A DNA stretch of 64,000 nt from Octopus bimaculoides. Its lineage: Eukaryota. Of the stretch, positions 1 to 11,298 are shown in pieces (positions within the stretch are counted from its first letter, which is position 1; the number at the start of each line of letters is the position of its first letter). Made by a program: the position numbers and the translations under genes. The DNA lies in the NCBI RefSeq assembly GCF_001194135.2, contig NC_068994.1, forward strand, positions 40,535,237 through 40,599,236, given 5' to 3'. Under the pieces are notes generated by a model that saw only the letters and a list, made by a program, of their open reading frames with translations, had not been told where the DNA came from and ran no database searches.

Positions 1-207
1 CGCTTTGTCTCCCTCTTCCACTTTTTCATTTTTTTTTTTTTTAGACGCTTGGCAAACACTCTGTTTCTCCCCTTGTCACAAACACACTATTTCTTTCTTT
101 CTTTTTTCTTTCTCTCTCTCTTTCTTTCTTTCTCTTTCTTTCTTTCTCCCTCTCTTTCTTTCTTTCTCTCTCTCCTTCACGCGCGTACGCACAGATTTGA
201 CTTCGCC

Positions 208-229
208 ATGTCAACAAACTTCAAAATGG
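208..229 (+). CDS. Candidate short first coding exon (MSTNFKM+G)
   Basis: gccATG at 208 reads ATG TCA ACA AAC TTC AAA ATG G, then gtaaaa (weak donor, 230). No homology recognised. Confidence 0.2.
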
Positions 230-490
230 GTAAAAGTTTATCGATTTTTACAGCTATACACGGGTGCCTCTGTGAGAAAAAGTTGACAAAAACACAGATA
301 GGGTCATGAACAATGTCCTCCTAAAATTGGAGCGACATGCGTGCTAATTTGTGGACGTGCATAACCCACATCACGTACACACACACACAAACATCTTGTG
401 TTTTATAGATATTGATTATTTGAATTTGGCGCTGGTCTTTCAGTAGATTTGACAGGCATGATGAAACAAGCATATATTTAACCCTTGACT

Positions 491-574
491 AAAGTGAGAC
501 CTACTGATGAGAACTAGGAGCAATATTTCAAAGTTCGAAATCACGTGACATAGGTATATCTGTGATCCTCATTT
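491..574 (+). ncRNA. Type I hammerhead ribozyme-like motif
   Basis: Stem I ACCTA(499-503)/TAGGT(551-555); core CTGATGA(504-510); stem II GAACT(511-515)/AGTTC(532-536); GAAA(537-540); palindromic stem III TCACGTGA(541-548); position 16.1 is C549 rather than U; cleavage-site A550; distal stem I AAGTGAG(492-498)/CTCATTT(568-574) across a 12-nt bulge. Confidence 0.6.
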
Positions 575-585
575 GTGACTTTCAG

Positions 586-593
586 CCACAATG
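586..593 (+). CDS. Candidate 8-nt microexon, or end of an exon terminating in ATG
   Basis: ctttcag|CCACAATG|gtaagt, a consensus GTAAGT donor at 594-599 directly after ATG. It would be in frame with the 208-229 candidate (..ATG G|CC ACA ATG). Confidence 0.25.
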
Positions 594-928
594 GTAAGTT
601 AAATTTTACTCGTCCCTCGATTTTCGTCAGCCTACTGTTTTTGCAGTAAAATGGTGGCTTATTTGAGTATTTCTAGCAATGCTGGTACTTCATGTAATCT
701 CAATTATAATTAATGATTAATTATAAATTTATAAATTTGTCTTTATGGCTTTAATGCTTATTGGTCACTTTATTATTGCTGTTATTGCTTATTATTATTA
801 ATAATAATATCTTTATATATATATATATGTGTGTGTGTGTGTGCGCGTGTAGGTGATATGAGGTATATCTATATATATTTATATATATAAAGGTTTGAAA
901 AGTGCTAACACATGAAATTCTCAGCCCT

Positions 929-1155
929 GGCCATTGCCAGTACCATGTGACTGGCCCTCGTGCCGGTGGCACGCTAAAGCACCCACTACACTCTCGGAGT
1001 GGTTGGCATTAAGAAGGGCATCCAGCTGTAGAAACTCTGCCAGATCAGATTGGAGCCTGGTGCAGCCTTCTGGCTTGCCAGTCCTCAGTCAAATCGTCCA
1101 ACCCATGCTACCATGGAAAGCGGATGTTAAACGATGATGATGATGATGATGATGA

Positions 1156-1159
<4 letters not shown>
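929..1159 (+). mobile_element. RTE-type 3'-tail repeat (family C) ending in (GAT)n
   Basis: gtggttggcattaagaagggcatccagctgtagaaactctgcc...ccaacccatgcta...gttaaacgatgatgat. The same tail recurs many times in the window and is contiguous with an RTE ORF end at 9240-9686. Confidence 0.8.
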
Positions 1160-1203
<44 letters not shown>

Positions 1204-1747
1204 TGATGAAATGATCATCTAGACCAGTGGGATGGCACTACCATATCAAGTGAGTTCAACGTCTCTGTGGATCATCAGCAGCAGTCCGGTCTCACACCAG
1301 TTACCAGAATGAAAATCAGCTGAACAGATATAGTATAATAATAATCAGACCTCAATGAGTACATTTTAGCAACATGAGATGGTGTCTCTAGACGTTAGTA
1401 GCAGTTTTAAAGCAATTTAGACAACACATCTGATTTAAGTTGGATGTAATAATTATTATTTATTACAAATACTTCTGCTGTCACTAATAGACTTCTTTCA
1501 ATTTCTGTTACCACATCCACTTTGACTGACCTTCACTTATAGCAGTAGATACTTGCCCAAAGGCACATGTATTGGCACTGTACTCAAAACCATATAGTTT
1601 TGAAGTGAACTTTATAACTACACAATAGTCTACACCTATAGGCTTTGGTCAGCCTGGGGCTATAGCAGAAGATATTTGCAAAGGATACCATGCTGTAGGA
1701 TTGAACTCAGTCATGTCTGCATGTACTCACATGCACACTGATGCTCT

Positions 1748-2049
1748 GTTGGTAATGATAACGAGTGCTCCATTTGATCATCTGATCAACAGAGAAACCT
1801 GCTCATGAAATTAACATGCAAGTGGCTGAATGCTCCACAGATGTGTGAACTCCTAATGTAGTTCTCAGGAAGATTCAGCATGCCACAGAATGTGACATGG
1901 CTGGTCCTTTGAGTTACAGTTTCAACTCATTTTTGTCAGCCGAGTGGACTGGAGCAATGTAAAATAAAGCGTTAAGCGCCACCAGGAATTGAACTCATGG
2001 CATATGATCATGAGCCAAATACCCTAACCACCAAACCACGTGCCTTCAC
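1748..2049 (-). mobile_element. tRNA-headed SINE (D-type head/core with E-type tail), decayed
   Basis: The reverse complement has an A-box-like tggtggttagg, a B-box-like gagttcaattcc, the core tccagtccactcggctg and the tail gctgaatcttcctgagaactac shared with 29679-30075. Confidence 0.7.
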
Positions 2050-2084
2050 AACACACACACACACACACACAGACACAGACACAG

Positions 2085-2162
<78 letters not shown>

Positions 2163-2899
2163 TGCTTTCTTTATGCATACAAATGGCACTATTGGACATA
2201 CCTTTGAATAACTGTCAACTGAAGATCAGTGCAATTATGGCATACACTTTCCAACAGTATCACTTCCTCTAGCAATACAGAAGAACATTATTACTATTGA
2301 GGTATATCCAAGGTCCTTCTGTGTCACATTTTGGCACACTTTTATTTCTCTTCCTCTTGTATTTACTGTTGCTTAGTTCCCCATTGGCAGCCATAATTGA
2401 GCAGACACACAGTTAAAAGTTTTCCAGTCATGGCCACTCCATTTTACTTTATTTTTATTTGATCATATTTTTTCAGACACCTCTGGCTGCAATATCCAAT
2501 AACTTTACTTTTCTCTTAATATATTGTAGTGTAATTTCAGGGATATATGTTTGCTATTTCTAGCAGGTTAAATGACTGCTTATAAGCTTTCTGACCCCTT
2601 CCTGTTACCACTATATACACCATATGAAACCTGGTTGCAGCTGCAACACTCACATATATTTTTAAAAAATGGCCATACTACAAACATCCTTTGGAAAGGA
2701 AGTAGAAGCTAACAGTAAAATACAAAAATGATGGATTCACAGTTAAAGGTTATTGCTATAATCACAGCCTTCATTTCTTGGGATAGTCTAAAAGATAAGC
2801 CTACATTAATCAGTTTTAAAGAATGGAAAGAACTATAGGAATTAATATAATATGATTGCTAAAATAACGTCTGCTAAATCACTTAGTCCTTATCATGGA

Positions 2900-3150
2900 C
2901 AGAGGCAACTGAAATAGCCTGGACATGTGATGAGAATGGAAGAGGGAAGAATGTGAAAATAATAAAAATAATGGTAATAATAGCAATAAAAGGAGAAAAA
3001 AATTCATATTGTAAGGTGATTGAAGTTTGGTAGTCGATGGCAACCAGGTTAGAGGTATGTGAAGGAAGAAATGTATGACTTTGATGTGACCTAAAAGTGG
3101 CTGGAGGGTTGAGCCATGAGCAAGAAGACAAAGGCAGCTGGTTGGCTGGA
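2900..3150 (+). pseudogene. Ancient RTE LINE ORF C-terminal relic
   Basis: Frames read RQLK*PGHVMRMEEGRM, VVDGNQVRGM*RKKC and DLKVAGGL..EDKGSW, matching the RTE C-terminal pattern RLRWxGHVxRM..G.RxRGRP.K.W..DL...D...W, with stops and frameshifts. Confidence 0.55.
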
Positions 3151-3663
3151 GGAGTGGTTAAACTACAGACAGAACCATTCAGCTCATGTCAATGTGAGCA
3201 GCACTAGCAAGAACAACAACATCAACAGCAACGGCAGCAGCAGCAGCAGTGATAGTAATAGTAACAACAATGATATTAGCAGCAATGTAAAAGGCATTAT
3301 CAACAATAATACTAGCAACAACATAGCAACAGTAACAGCAATGGTTGCATTTACCACAACAATATTAGCCATGAGGAAATGACAACAGCAACAGTAAAAG
3401 CCAAAATAATAACAGCAGTAGTAATAATCCTTTCTTATTTTGGCATAAGGCCAGTAAGTTTGAGGGGTGGGGAAGTTGATTACATTGACCCCAGGTACTT
3501 ATTTTATCAGGGTACTAGCTAACATAAAAAAATTGAATAGCATTTCTTTTCATTTTCATAATTAGTATACAAAGCTTAATCCATATATCAAATTTGAAAA
3601 CAATTGGAACGAAATTGTAGACAGTGACGATAACCACAAAGATCCACATATATATATATATAT

Positions 3664-3965
3664 ATCATCATCATCATCGTTTAACGTCCGCTTTCCGTGC
3701 TAGCATGGGTTGGACGATTTGACTGAAGACTGGTGGAACAGGTGGCTACACCAGGCTCCAATATGCTTTGGCAGAGTTTCTACAGCTGGATGCCCTTCCT
3801 AACGCCAACCACTGTAAGAGTGTAGTGGGTGCTTTTATGTGCCACCAGCATGAAGGCCAGTCAGGCGGTACTGGCAACGGTCATGCTTGAAATGGTGTAT
3901 TTTACGTGCCACCTGCACAGGAGCCAGTCCAGTGGTACTGGCAACGATCTCGCTCGAATGTCTTT
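3664..3965 (-). mobile_element. Family C (RTE-tail) repeat
   Basis: catcatcgtttaacgtccgctttcc...ggatgcccttcctaacgccaaccac; a second copy starts at about 3975 and runs into the gap. Confidence 0.8.
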
Positions 3966-4057
3966 TCATGTATATCATCATCATCATCATTGTTTAATGT
4001 CTGGCTTCCATATGCTAGCNNNNNNNNNNNNNNNNNNNNNNNNNNNNNNNNNNNNNA

Positions 4058-4343
4058 CATGACTCAGTGGTTAGAGCGTCGAACTTACGACCACGACCAT
4101 CAGGTTGTGAGTTTGAATCCCGGACCAGGCTGTATGTTGAGTTCTTGAGTAAGACACTTTATTTCACATTGCTCCAGTTCACTCAGGTGTAGAAATGAGT
4201 TGTGATGTCACTGGTGCCAAGCTGTATCAGCCTTTGCCTTTCCCTTGGATAACATTGGTGGCGTGGAGAGGGGCGGCTGGTTTTCCATAAACAACCTTAT
4301 CCAGACTTGTGCCTCGGAGGGTAACTTTCTAGGTGCAGTCATG
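4058..4343 (+). mobile_element. tRNA-headed SINE family D
   Basis: Head gactcagtggttagagcgtcgaac...gagtttgaatcccgg and core cttgagtaagacactttatttcacattgctccagttcactcag; homologous to 11366-11708 and 31440-31775. Confidence 0.8.
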
Positions 4344-4494
4344 GAGATGAGCAAGACAGTGATAACTGTGATTTTAGTTATGATATAGATTGCTATGACA
4401 GAGATGACTATGACTGCAGCTATGATAAAGAAAGTTATTGCAGAGATGAGTGTGACTAGAGTCATAATGGAAATGACTAGAGTCATTCATAATG

Positions 4495-4703
4495 CTTTCT
4501 ACTATAGGCACAAGGCTCTGAATTTGTGGGGAGGGGACTAGTTGATCACATTGACTGCATTGTTTCACTGGTACTTATTTTATTGACTCCAAAAGGATCA
4601 AAGGTAAAGTCGACCTTGGCAGAATTCAATCAGAACGTAAAAGACAGACAAAATACTGCGAAGCATTTTGCTTGGCATGCTAACATTTTGCCAGCTTGCC
4701 ACC
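4495..4703 (-). mobile_element. tRNA-headed SINE family A/F inside a degenerate ATG/GAT-rich minisatellite (about 4340-4920)
   Basis: Reverse complement: ggtggcaagctggcaaaatgttagc...gactttacctttgatcctttt...ataagtacc, with a tail ending gcctatagtagaaag. Confidence 0.75.
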
Positions 4704-5156
4704 TTTGACTAGAGTCATAATGGAGATGTTTGTGGTGAAGGTTATGATAAAGATGGCAAATGACAGAAATGTCAATGACTTCACTTATGATGGAAGTAAC
4801 TATGACTGAGTGGATTGTGACCAGAGTAATGATATAGGGATAACTATGACACTAATGATTGTGACTATGACTAAAATGAGGATGACTTGAAATTTGATGA
4901 TTGTAATGATAGTTATGATAATAAATTTATACATTGTTAGGAAAACCGAGGACTTAATTTGATACATAAAAGGCCATAAATCCACACATAGATGCACACA
5001 CACACACACACACACACACAAACGTGCACATGCGTGGACACACACATGCATGTATGCACGTACACACACAGACGCACTATATATATGTATTTGAATGTGT
5101 GTGTGTGTGTGTGTGTGTGCACATGCTTATTTCTCTAACCCTGTTTGATATTGAAA

Positions 5157-5191
<35 letters not shown>

Positions 5192-6342
5192 TTATAGATA
5201 AACTCAGTAAAAGCTTACATTTGGGGTTTTACCTCATTCATTTGCATCTAGTATGTTAATGCATTTACCTCCTCTAATATGTTAATCCAGTTGAAATGAC
5301 ATTCTGCTTTATTATCGACCATTTCAACCAGTCAAGCATTAATTAAATCTGTTTTAACATTCTTTCTGGAGAACCAAATTAAAAGCAGCGCAAGGATTTT
5401 TACAGCCACTTTTCTTCTATACTTGTATACTTAGGAATAGATAAGACAAATTTGCATATTGCTGGTGTGAGATATGTTATGGTTGAGTACCCTTCTTTCA
5501 ATTAATCATTCAGTTGTGAGATGAGAGCAGCATAATTTAGTTTTTAGTTTGACAGATTTAACTACAAGATAAAACTTACTGGAAGTATATAAAAAAAGAG
5601 AAAACAAACAAATCTAGGCATGTTTCAGACTTATGAAATATCCTTCACTAATGAGGTTTAATAAGGTTAAAACATGTCCTGAGATATCATTGTATTAGCT
5701 GTATTTGCAAAAGATTGCTTACTACTGCATGTCTCTCATCTTGTCAGTGTTATACATCATCAGATCACTGCATAATATTACTAACTTGAAATGAAATGAC
5801 GAGGAACTTATAAATAGCAGTCAAATCTTTGAGCATGTAAACAATACAGTCCTAGATGCATAATATTTCACTCTCCGCTAAGTGCTCATATTCAATTTTT
5901 AATCAAAGTTGTCCCCTTGCATTTTATGACAAGAATTGATTATTAAAACTAAGGATTCTTTTTTTATTCTTCCTTAATTAAAACATCTTTAACCTCCACC
6001 TAACTAAATAAATTATAAACAGGTGTCTTCTATCTTCTAAACCCCAAAATAATCCCTAAAAAGCAGTGCTTGATTCTAGTTTCACGATTTAATAAGCATG
6101 GCATTCACAACTAGAGGTACAGAGAAAGAATTTGAAAAAGAGAAACTTAAAGATGCATTCAACATTCTAAAGCCTGCTTTCAAGACTTAAAACTTCTATT
6201 TAAATGTTTGAAACAAAAACTTTTGTACAGCAATATCTAACCCATTTTATTACATGATTTCACAATGAAAATCATGCTCCTTTCAAGCCGTCCTCATGTT
6301 GTTGTTTTTTGCTGTTGTTTTTGTCGTTTTTCTTGTTTGAAC

Positions 6343-6386
<44 letters not shown>

Positions 6387-7423
6387 TCTTAAATCAATCC
6401 CATGCTTGATCTGTTTCATCATCTTTTTCAGAGCAACCACAAACTGGATGTATCTACTCACCTCTGACAATTGAGAGCAGTGGCCATATTTCATTCCATA
6501 ATGGCTACCTCTGATGAGTGCAGGTTACATAATTGGATTGTTACCTAACACTCTGTTGTATCCCTAGCATGAAACTGATTGGTAAGATTGACTTATGGAC
6601 TCTTAGATGACTCACACACACACACAATGTGAGAGCCTATATGCAGTTTCTGAATCAATTTGAAGTTCCAGTCAAATCTCTCTCAAATCACATTGTACCA
6701 CGTTAAAGTATGAACAATAATATATTTGGCTAAAAAGACTATATCTGGTAAAGAAAGATTGGAGAAGGCCATATCTGGAATGCCTAGGATTCTGGAATCT
6801 ATGCTGATATTGAGCTAAATATCCACCACATTTCCCCAACACCCATTAAACACCATCACCACCACTGCCACCTCTACTGCCCCCCCTCCATCAACACTAG
6901 CAATTGGTATCCTTTTAGATAATTTATTCTCAAACTGACAACAGCATTACCATATATCTCTAAATCCAAGTGTTAATCGAAGAATATTAATTTGTTAGTC
7001 ATTAAGAATCAATTAAAACCAAATTTCCAAGCAAAGGCTTCATTTGATATCATACTGGAACCAAGTATGTACTTAAAATGGTTGACACTCTGGTCAAGCT
7101 AAGCCTTGGTTCATTAACAAATTATGTCTGATTGTTAATGTGAGAGAAAAATAATTTTCCTGATAAATTTAGGCCCTAATTTTTTTATGAAAGATCATCA
7201 TCATCATCATTATCATCATCATCATCACTATCACTGTCATTTTCGTTGTTGCCATCGTTGTTGTAATCATCATCAGCATCACCATCATCATCACCACCAC
7301 TGCTGCCGTCGTCACCACCACGACCGCCACCGCTGCCACCACCACCACCAACCTCGCTTTTCCTTCCATGAACTATGTATGGAATTGTGAAGCACCCAGC
7401 AAGTGCAAATCACATTTTCATAC

Positions 7424-7466
<43 letters not shown>

Positions 7467-8374
7467 GGGGATTTTTTCCAGTTTATCATTCCGAAATTAA
7501 CTCTAATGATGTGATTGGTTTGGAATTATAATAGAAGACAATAACCCAACTTGCCATGATGTGAGATTGAACTGGAAACCACTTGGCTGCAAAGCTAACT
7601 TCTTCCTGACACAACTATGCCGGTATGTGTGTGTATGTATGGTATGTGCATGTATGTGTGTGTGTGTGTGCATGTATGTATGTGTGCACGTGTTTGTGTG
7701 TGTGTTTGTGTGCATGCTCTGTATAAAATGTAGGAATACACACACACACATCTATATATATAATGAGTGAGAGAGAGAGGTGGGTGGCAGACAGATAGAC
7801 AGACAGACTGATAGATTAATACATATATACATACATACATAGAGATAGATAGATAGATAGATAGTTAGATAGACAGACAGACAGATAGTTTGATAGATTT
7901 GATAATTAATTAATTGTTATTAATTGCAAATGAATAACAATACAACATATCCTGATGACAACCAATTAATCAAAATGTAATACCAGCAGCTTAATCCAAG
8001 CTTCCACTTGTTTACACCTATCTTTTCATGCGATAAATTTAATTTCAAGCTTAAATGTGTGACTGGATCTGTTTGTATGTTTACACTTTCGCTTATTATC
8101 GAACTAAACTTAACATCATTTTAATACCAAGGCTCTCAAGGTAGTTATAGAAGTGAAAATTAGATATTTTCTGAGAATAAGGAAGTTATTATGCTCAATT
8201 ACATTTGTTAAACAAAGGATTTATTAGAAAATACTAAATGCCGCAATGCTTAACGGGTTAACATAATTTCTATTCATCTGGTTAATGAAACATACATGTA
8301 AATATATGCATATAGACATATAAGCCTTTATGCATATATGTTTTTATTTAGTTTTATTTCAAGATTTCTTGTCA

Positions 8375-8519
8375 ATGGTCATGTGATGTGTTATGGATGA
8401 AGACAGCTCTGTAAAGAAATGCCAATCTCTAACTGTAGAGGGAACCTGTGCTAGAGGTAGACCCAGGAAGACATGGGATGAGTTGGTGAAGCATGATCTT
8501 CAGACTTTGGGCCTCACAG
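8375..8519 (+). mobile_element. RTE ORF fragment; inverted duplicate of 9516-9659
   Basis: Near-identical to the reverse complement of 9516-9659 (MDEDSSVKKCQSLT.EGTCARGRPRKTWDELVKHDLQTLGLT). Confidence 0.85.
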
Positions 8520-8710
8520 CGGCCTATTTCTAACTTAGTGCCAATGCTCCTTCATTGGAATTTAAACAACATCAACTGTAAAGTTGTGCATGTATGTATA
8601 TATGTGTGTATATATGTAAGTATTTTAGAGCCAATACACGTGCAGAATTGTATTTGTATTAATACACATCTGGACAAACACTGAAAATTGTATATCTGGA
8701 CAATTGCTGA

Positions 8711-8913
8711 CAAGGGGATGCTGTAAAGTTCCTGGCTTTAAGAGTATCACAAAAGGGTATCACTGGAGGTCCAACATTTTGAGTTCTTTTACAGAGCTTA
8801 GAAAACTGAAGGATTGTTTCTATAAGGGTGTGAATCTGAAAGGGAATTATGTTGAATAAAATCATAATTAATCGATCCTCCTGTATTTTCTTTTACCCAA
8901 AACTAGGAACTCG
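8711..8913 (+). mobile_element. Mariner-derived non-autonomous element
   Basis: Left end caaggggatgctgtaaagttcctggcttt; right end aaaactaggaac..tcg followed by TA (partial TIR). The internal frame ELRKLKDCFYKGVNLKGNYVE* resembles the mariner transposase C-terminus. Confidence 0.65.
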
Positions 8914-8915
8914 TA

Positions 8916-9135
8916 TGTGCTTATATGCTAAACTTTTCAAAGGTTTTACATATTTTAACAGTTCCTTGTATTGGTAGTCTTCTAATTAGCTTTCTCCTTT
9001 CTGGTTTTAAAAAACTATAATTTCCCAGATTGATACTAAGGCAATTTGTTACACGTCTTTGTGACCCAATAATTATGGGTATAAATCTAAACTTGTGGTA
9101 TGAGCAGGGTATCTATAAATGTTGTGTGGAAGTAG
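8916..9135 (-). pseudogene. RLE-type (R4/Dong/HERO-like) LINE 3' coding relic
   Basis: Minus frame ...YHKFRFIPIIIGSQRRVTNCLSINLGNYSFLKPERRKLIRRLPIQGTVKICKTFEKFSI*; the IPIIIG and GTVKICKTF motifs are typical of RLE-LINE C-termini. Confidence 0.6.
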
Positions 9136-9239
9136 AACACCCCTATTGGTTGGCTCCTAATCGACTGTTCCACAATGTAAATGAACATATGCAGAAAGCT
9201 TAGGGCAGTGTAAAGCCGAGAGTTGTGTATTGTCGAGGG

Positions 9240-9686
9240 TTATGCCCTTCCTAGTGCTAACCACTCTGAGAGTGAAATGGGTGCTTTTATGTACCACCAG
9301 CATGGGTGCCATTTGCATGACACCGTTGGCTTGATGGGTCTTCTTCTCAGGCATGACATAATGCCAAAGGTCTCAGTCATTGCCTCCATGAGGCCCAACG
9401 TGTGAAAGGTGCTTTTTACATGCCACCAGCATCAGCCACAACTACAATTTCATTTAGCATGACGGGTCTTCTCAAGCACAGCATATCACCAAAGGTCAGT
9501 CACTAGTCATTGCCTCTGTGAGGCCCAAAGTTTGAAGATCATGCTTCACCAACTCATCCCATGTCTTCCTGGGTCTACCTCTAGCACAGGTTCCCTCTGC
9601 AGTTAGAGATTGGCATTTCTTTACAGAGCTGTCTTCATCCATACTCATCACATGACCATACCAGTACAGTTGTCTCTCTTGCTCAC
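9240..9686 (-). mobile_element. RTE LINE 3' end (ORF C-terminus plus 3' UTR)
   Basis: ORF 9496-9699: RQLYWYGHVMSMDEDSSVKKCQSLTAEGTCARGRPRKTWDELVKHDLQTLGLTEAMTSD, running into the family C tail (gcacccatttcactctcagagtggttagcactaggaagggcat). Confidence 0.85.
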
Positions 9687-10490
9687 TAAGGTGGAGCAAA
9701 AAGGTACTTTTTACACAGATTTTTGAAATATGTTTTCAAAAATATATTTATTATTGCAAAATCCTTTAAAAACAACTGTGTTAAAATCTGAAGTTCTTAA
9801 ATTTACATCTTCAGGCTCTGCAGCCAACTTGAAATTTTGAATAATGAGCGAAAAATCAATTTATAACATGTTTGCCATTCCTCATTTTATTTTTTACATT
9901 TATTGTTACAAATTAATTTTCTTTTGTAAAATTTTTTAAAGACAACAGTGTTAAAATCTCAAGCTCTAAAATTTATATCTTCAGGTTCTGCAACGCACTT
10001 GAAATTTAGAAATTATGTAAAATAAATAGACTTTTTGACTTTGTTTTCTTTATTATTTTTAATACTAGGTCACTGAATATATGTGTTACATGAGGCCTAG
10101 ATTACACATACATTAAAATAAAGTTACATGTTAACCAATTTTTGATTCTTGACGATCCTGAAAAAAATCTTGTTCTCTCTGTGGTACTTTTTTGTCTCTA
10201 CCACAATGGCAGTTCTTAAAGGAGTTGCACTTGCAACAGGAAATGTCAGATAAATCTTTTGCTGCATTGTTTTTAAACACATTACACTTTGTTTGAAATG
10301 ATGGCACAATATTTCTATTTTTCACAGATTTTAGTAATGCTTGGTGCTGTAGATAAAAGGTCAAGATTTTCAGTTTAACTGACTCAGTCGTAACACAAGG
10401 GATGGTTGCCTTTTGCCTAAGAAGAATTATCTTTTCTGCTACAATCTTGATAATTTGTTTAATTGAGGGATCTTTCTTAACTACTTTTTC
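9687..10490 (-). mobile_element. Internally deleted hAT-like (hATm-like) DNA transposon with a transposase N-terminal fragment
   Basis: Minus frame KDPSIKQIIKIVAEKI...KATIP...LSDISCCKCNSFKNCHCGRDKKVPQREQDFFQD matches the recalled LFDI.xCKC...C.C...KVP..E..FL.DQR motif of invertebrate hAT-like transposases. Terminus TAAGGTGG at 9687; about 80-bp subterminal direct repeats near 9765-9845 and 9935-10015. Family name is an inference. Confidence 0.6.
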
Positions 10491-10655
10491 TCGTAACTTA
10501 GCGGTTCGGCAAAAAGAGACCGATAGAATAAGTACTAGGATTACAAAGGATAAGTCATGGGGTCGATTTTTTCGACTAAAAAACCCTTTAAGGAGGTGCT
10601 CCAGCATGGCTACTGTAAATGACTGAAACGTGTAAAGGAATAAAAAAGAAAGCAA
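10490..10655 (+). mobile_element. SINE family B, 3' half (CpGs intact)
   Basis: cgtaacttagcggttcggcaaaaagagaccgatagaataagtact...ggggtcgattttttcgactaa...gtgctccagcatggc...gactgaaac. Confidence 0.8.
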
Positions 10656-10689
10656 AAGAATGTATGTGTGCATGTGTATGTGTGTTTGT

Positions 10690-11170
10690 GTGTGCGTGCT
10701 AGCGCGCGCGCCCGAGCGTGTTGTTCGCGCGTGCGCATGCCTCTGTAAGTATTTTTGCGGGAGGTTTTCTAAGTTTAAAACCGTAAGCGAATCAATCCTT
10801 GCAGAGTGGCATTATATTGACAAATGTTTACGTTCAAGCAATGATAAAGCGAAACGCACACACGGACACAAAAGCGTGTGTGCGTGCGTGTGTATTTGTA
10901 TGTGTCGGAATATGAGAGCGAATGAGGGTAAACGTATGTGTGTATGCGCGTGTAACTGTGTGTGTATGTGTGTGTGTGTGTGTGTGCGTGCGTGCGTGTG
11001 CGTAGCTTTGTGTAGCCGCGCACGTCATTTCAGTTCCATCGCTAAGTATGCAAACCTAACGCGGTTGATAATGATTTGCGATACAGGGGAGGTAAATTCA
11101 TGATGTAAGGGAAACAACTGTGTACAGTTTTCCTGACGCCAGCTAAAAATTCACGTCTAAGTCTTACCGT
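10690..11170. promoter_or_regulatory. CpG-rich candidate promoter/enhancer
   Basis: gcgcgcgcgcccgagcg, tgcgcatgc (NRF1-like), cacgtca and tgacgcc (CRE-like), and a GTAAGT donor at 10745. Confidence 0.35.
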
Positions 11171-11298
11171 TAAGACAACTAACTGCTGTAACGCTACACA
11201 CTTGTTATTTCAACATGTTTTCATATCTGGAGGTTATATATTTCGGTTAGCTGCATTGATTCAGCTACCTTATAATATTGTCCCTGCTGTACAATACA

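Larger units (their letters stand above)
170..660. promoter_or_regulatory. CpG-retaining, promoter/first-exon-like segment
   Basis: Many CpGs (gcgcgtacgc, gcgacatgcg, ggcgct, tcacgtga, ctcgtccctcg) against a CpG-poor background. It follows a CT-rich tract and contains a palindromic E-box TCACGTGA (541-548) and two ATG-adjacent splice-donor-like sites. Confidence 0.4.

Noticed and set aside
461-510. C/D snoRNA-like boxes (ATGATGA ... CTGA)
   Set aside because: The span is only about 50 nt, with no terminal stem and no downstream D box; the CTGATGA is better explained as the hammerhead core.
610-635. Minus-strand CTGACGA, a possible second hammerhead core
   Set aside because: No stem II followed by GAAA.
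6432-6545. Plus-strand acceptor and minus-strand GTGAGT donor near 6432-6462
   Set aside because: All frames end quickly and no coherent exon could be built on either strand.
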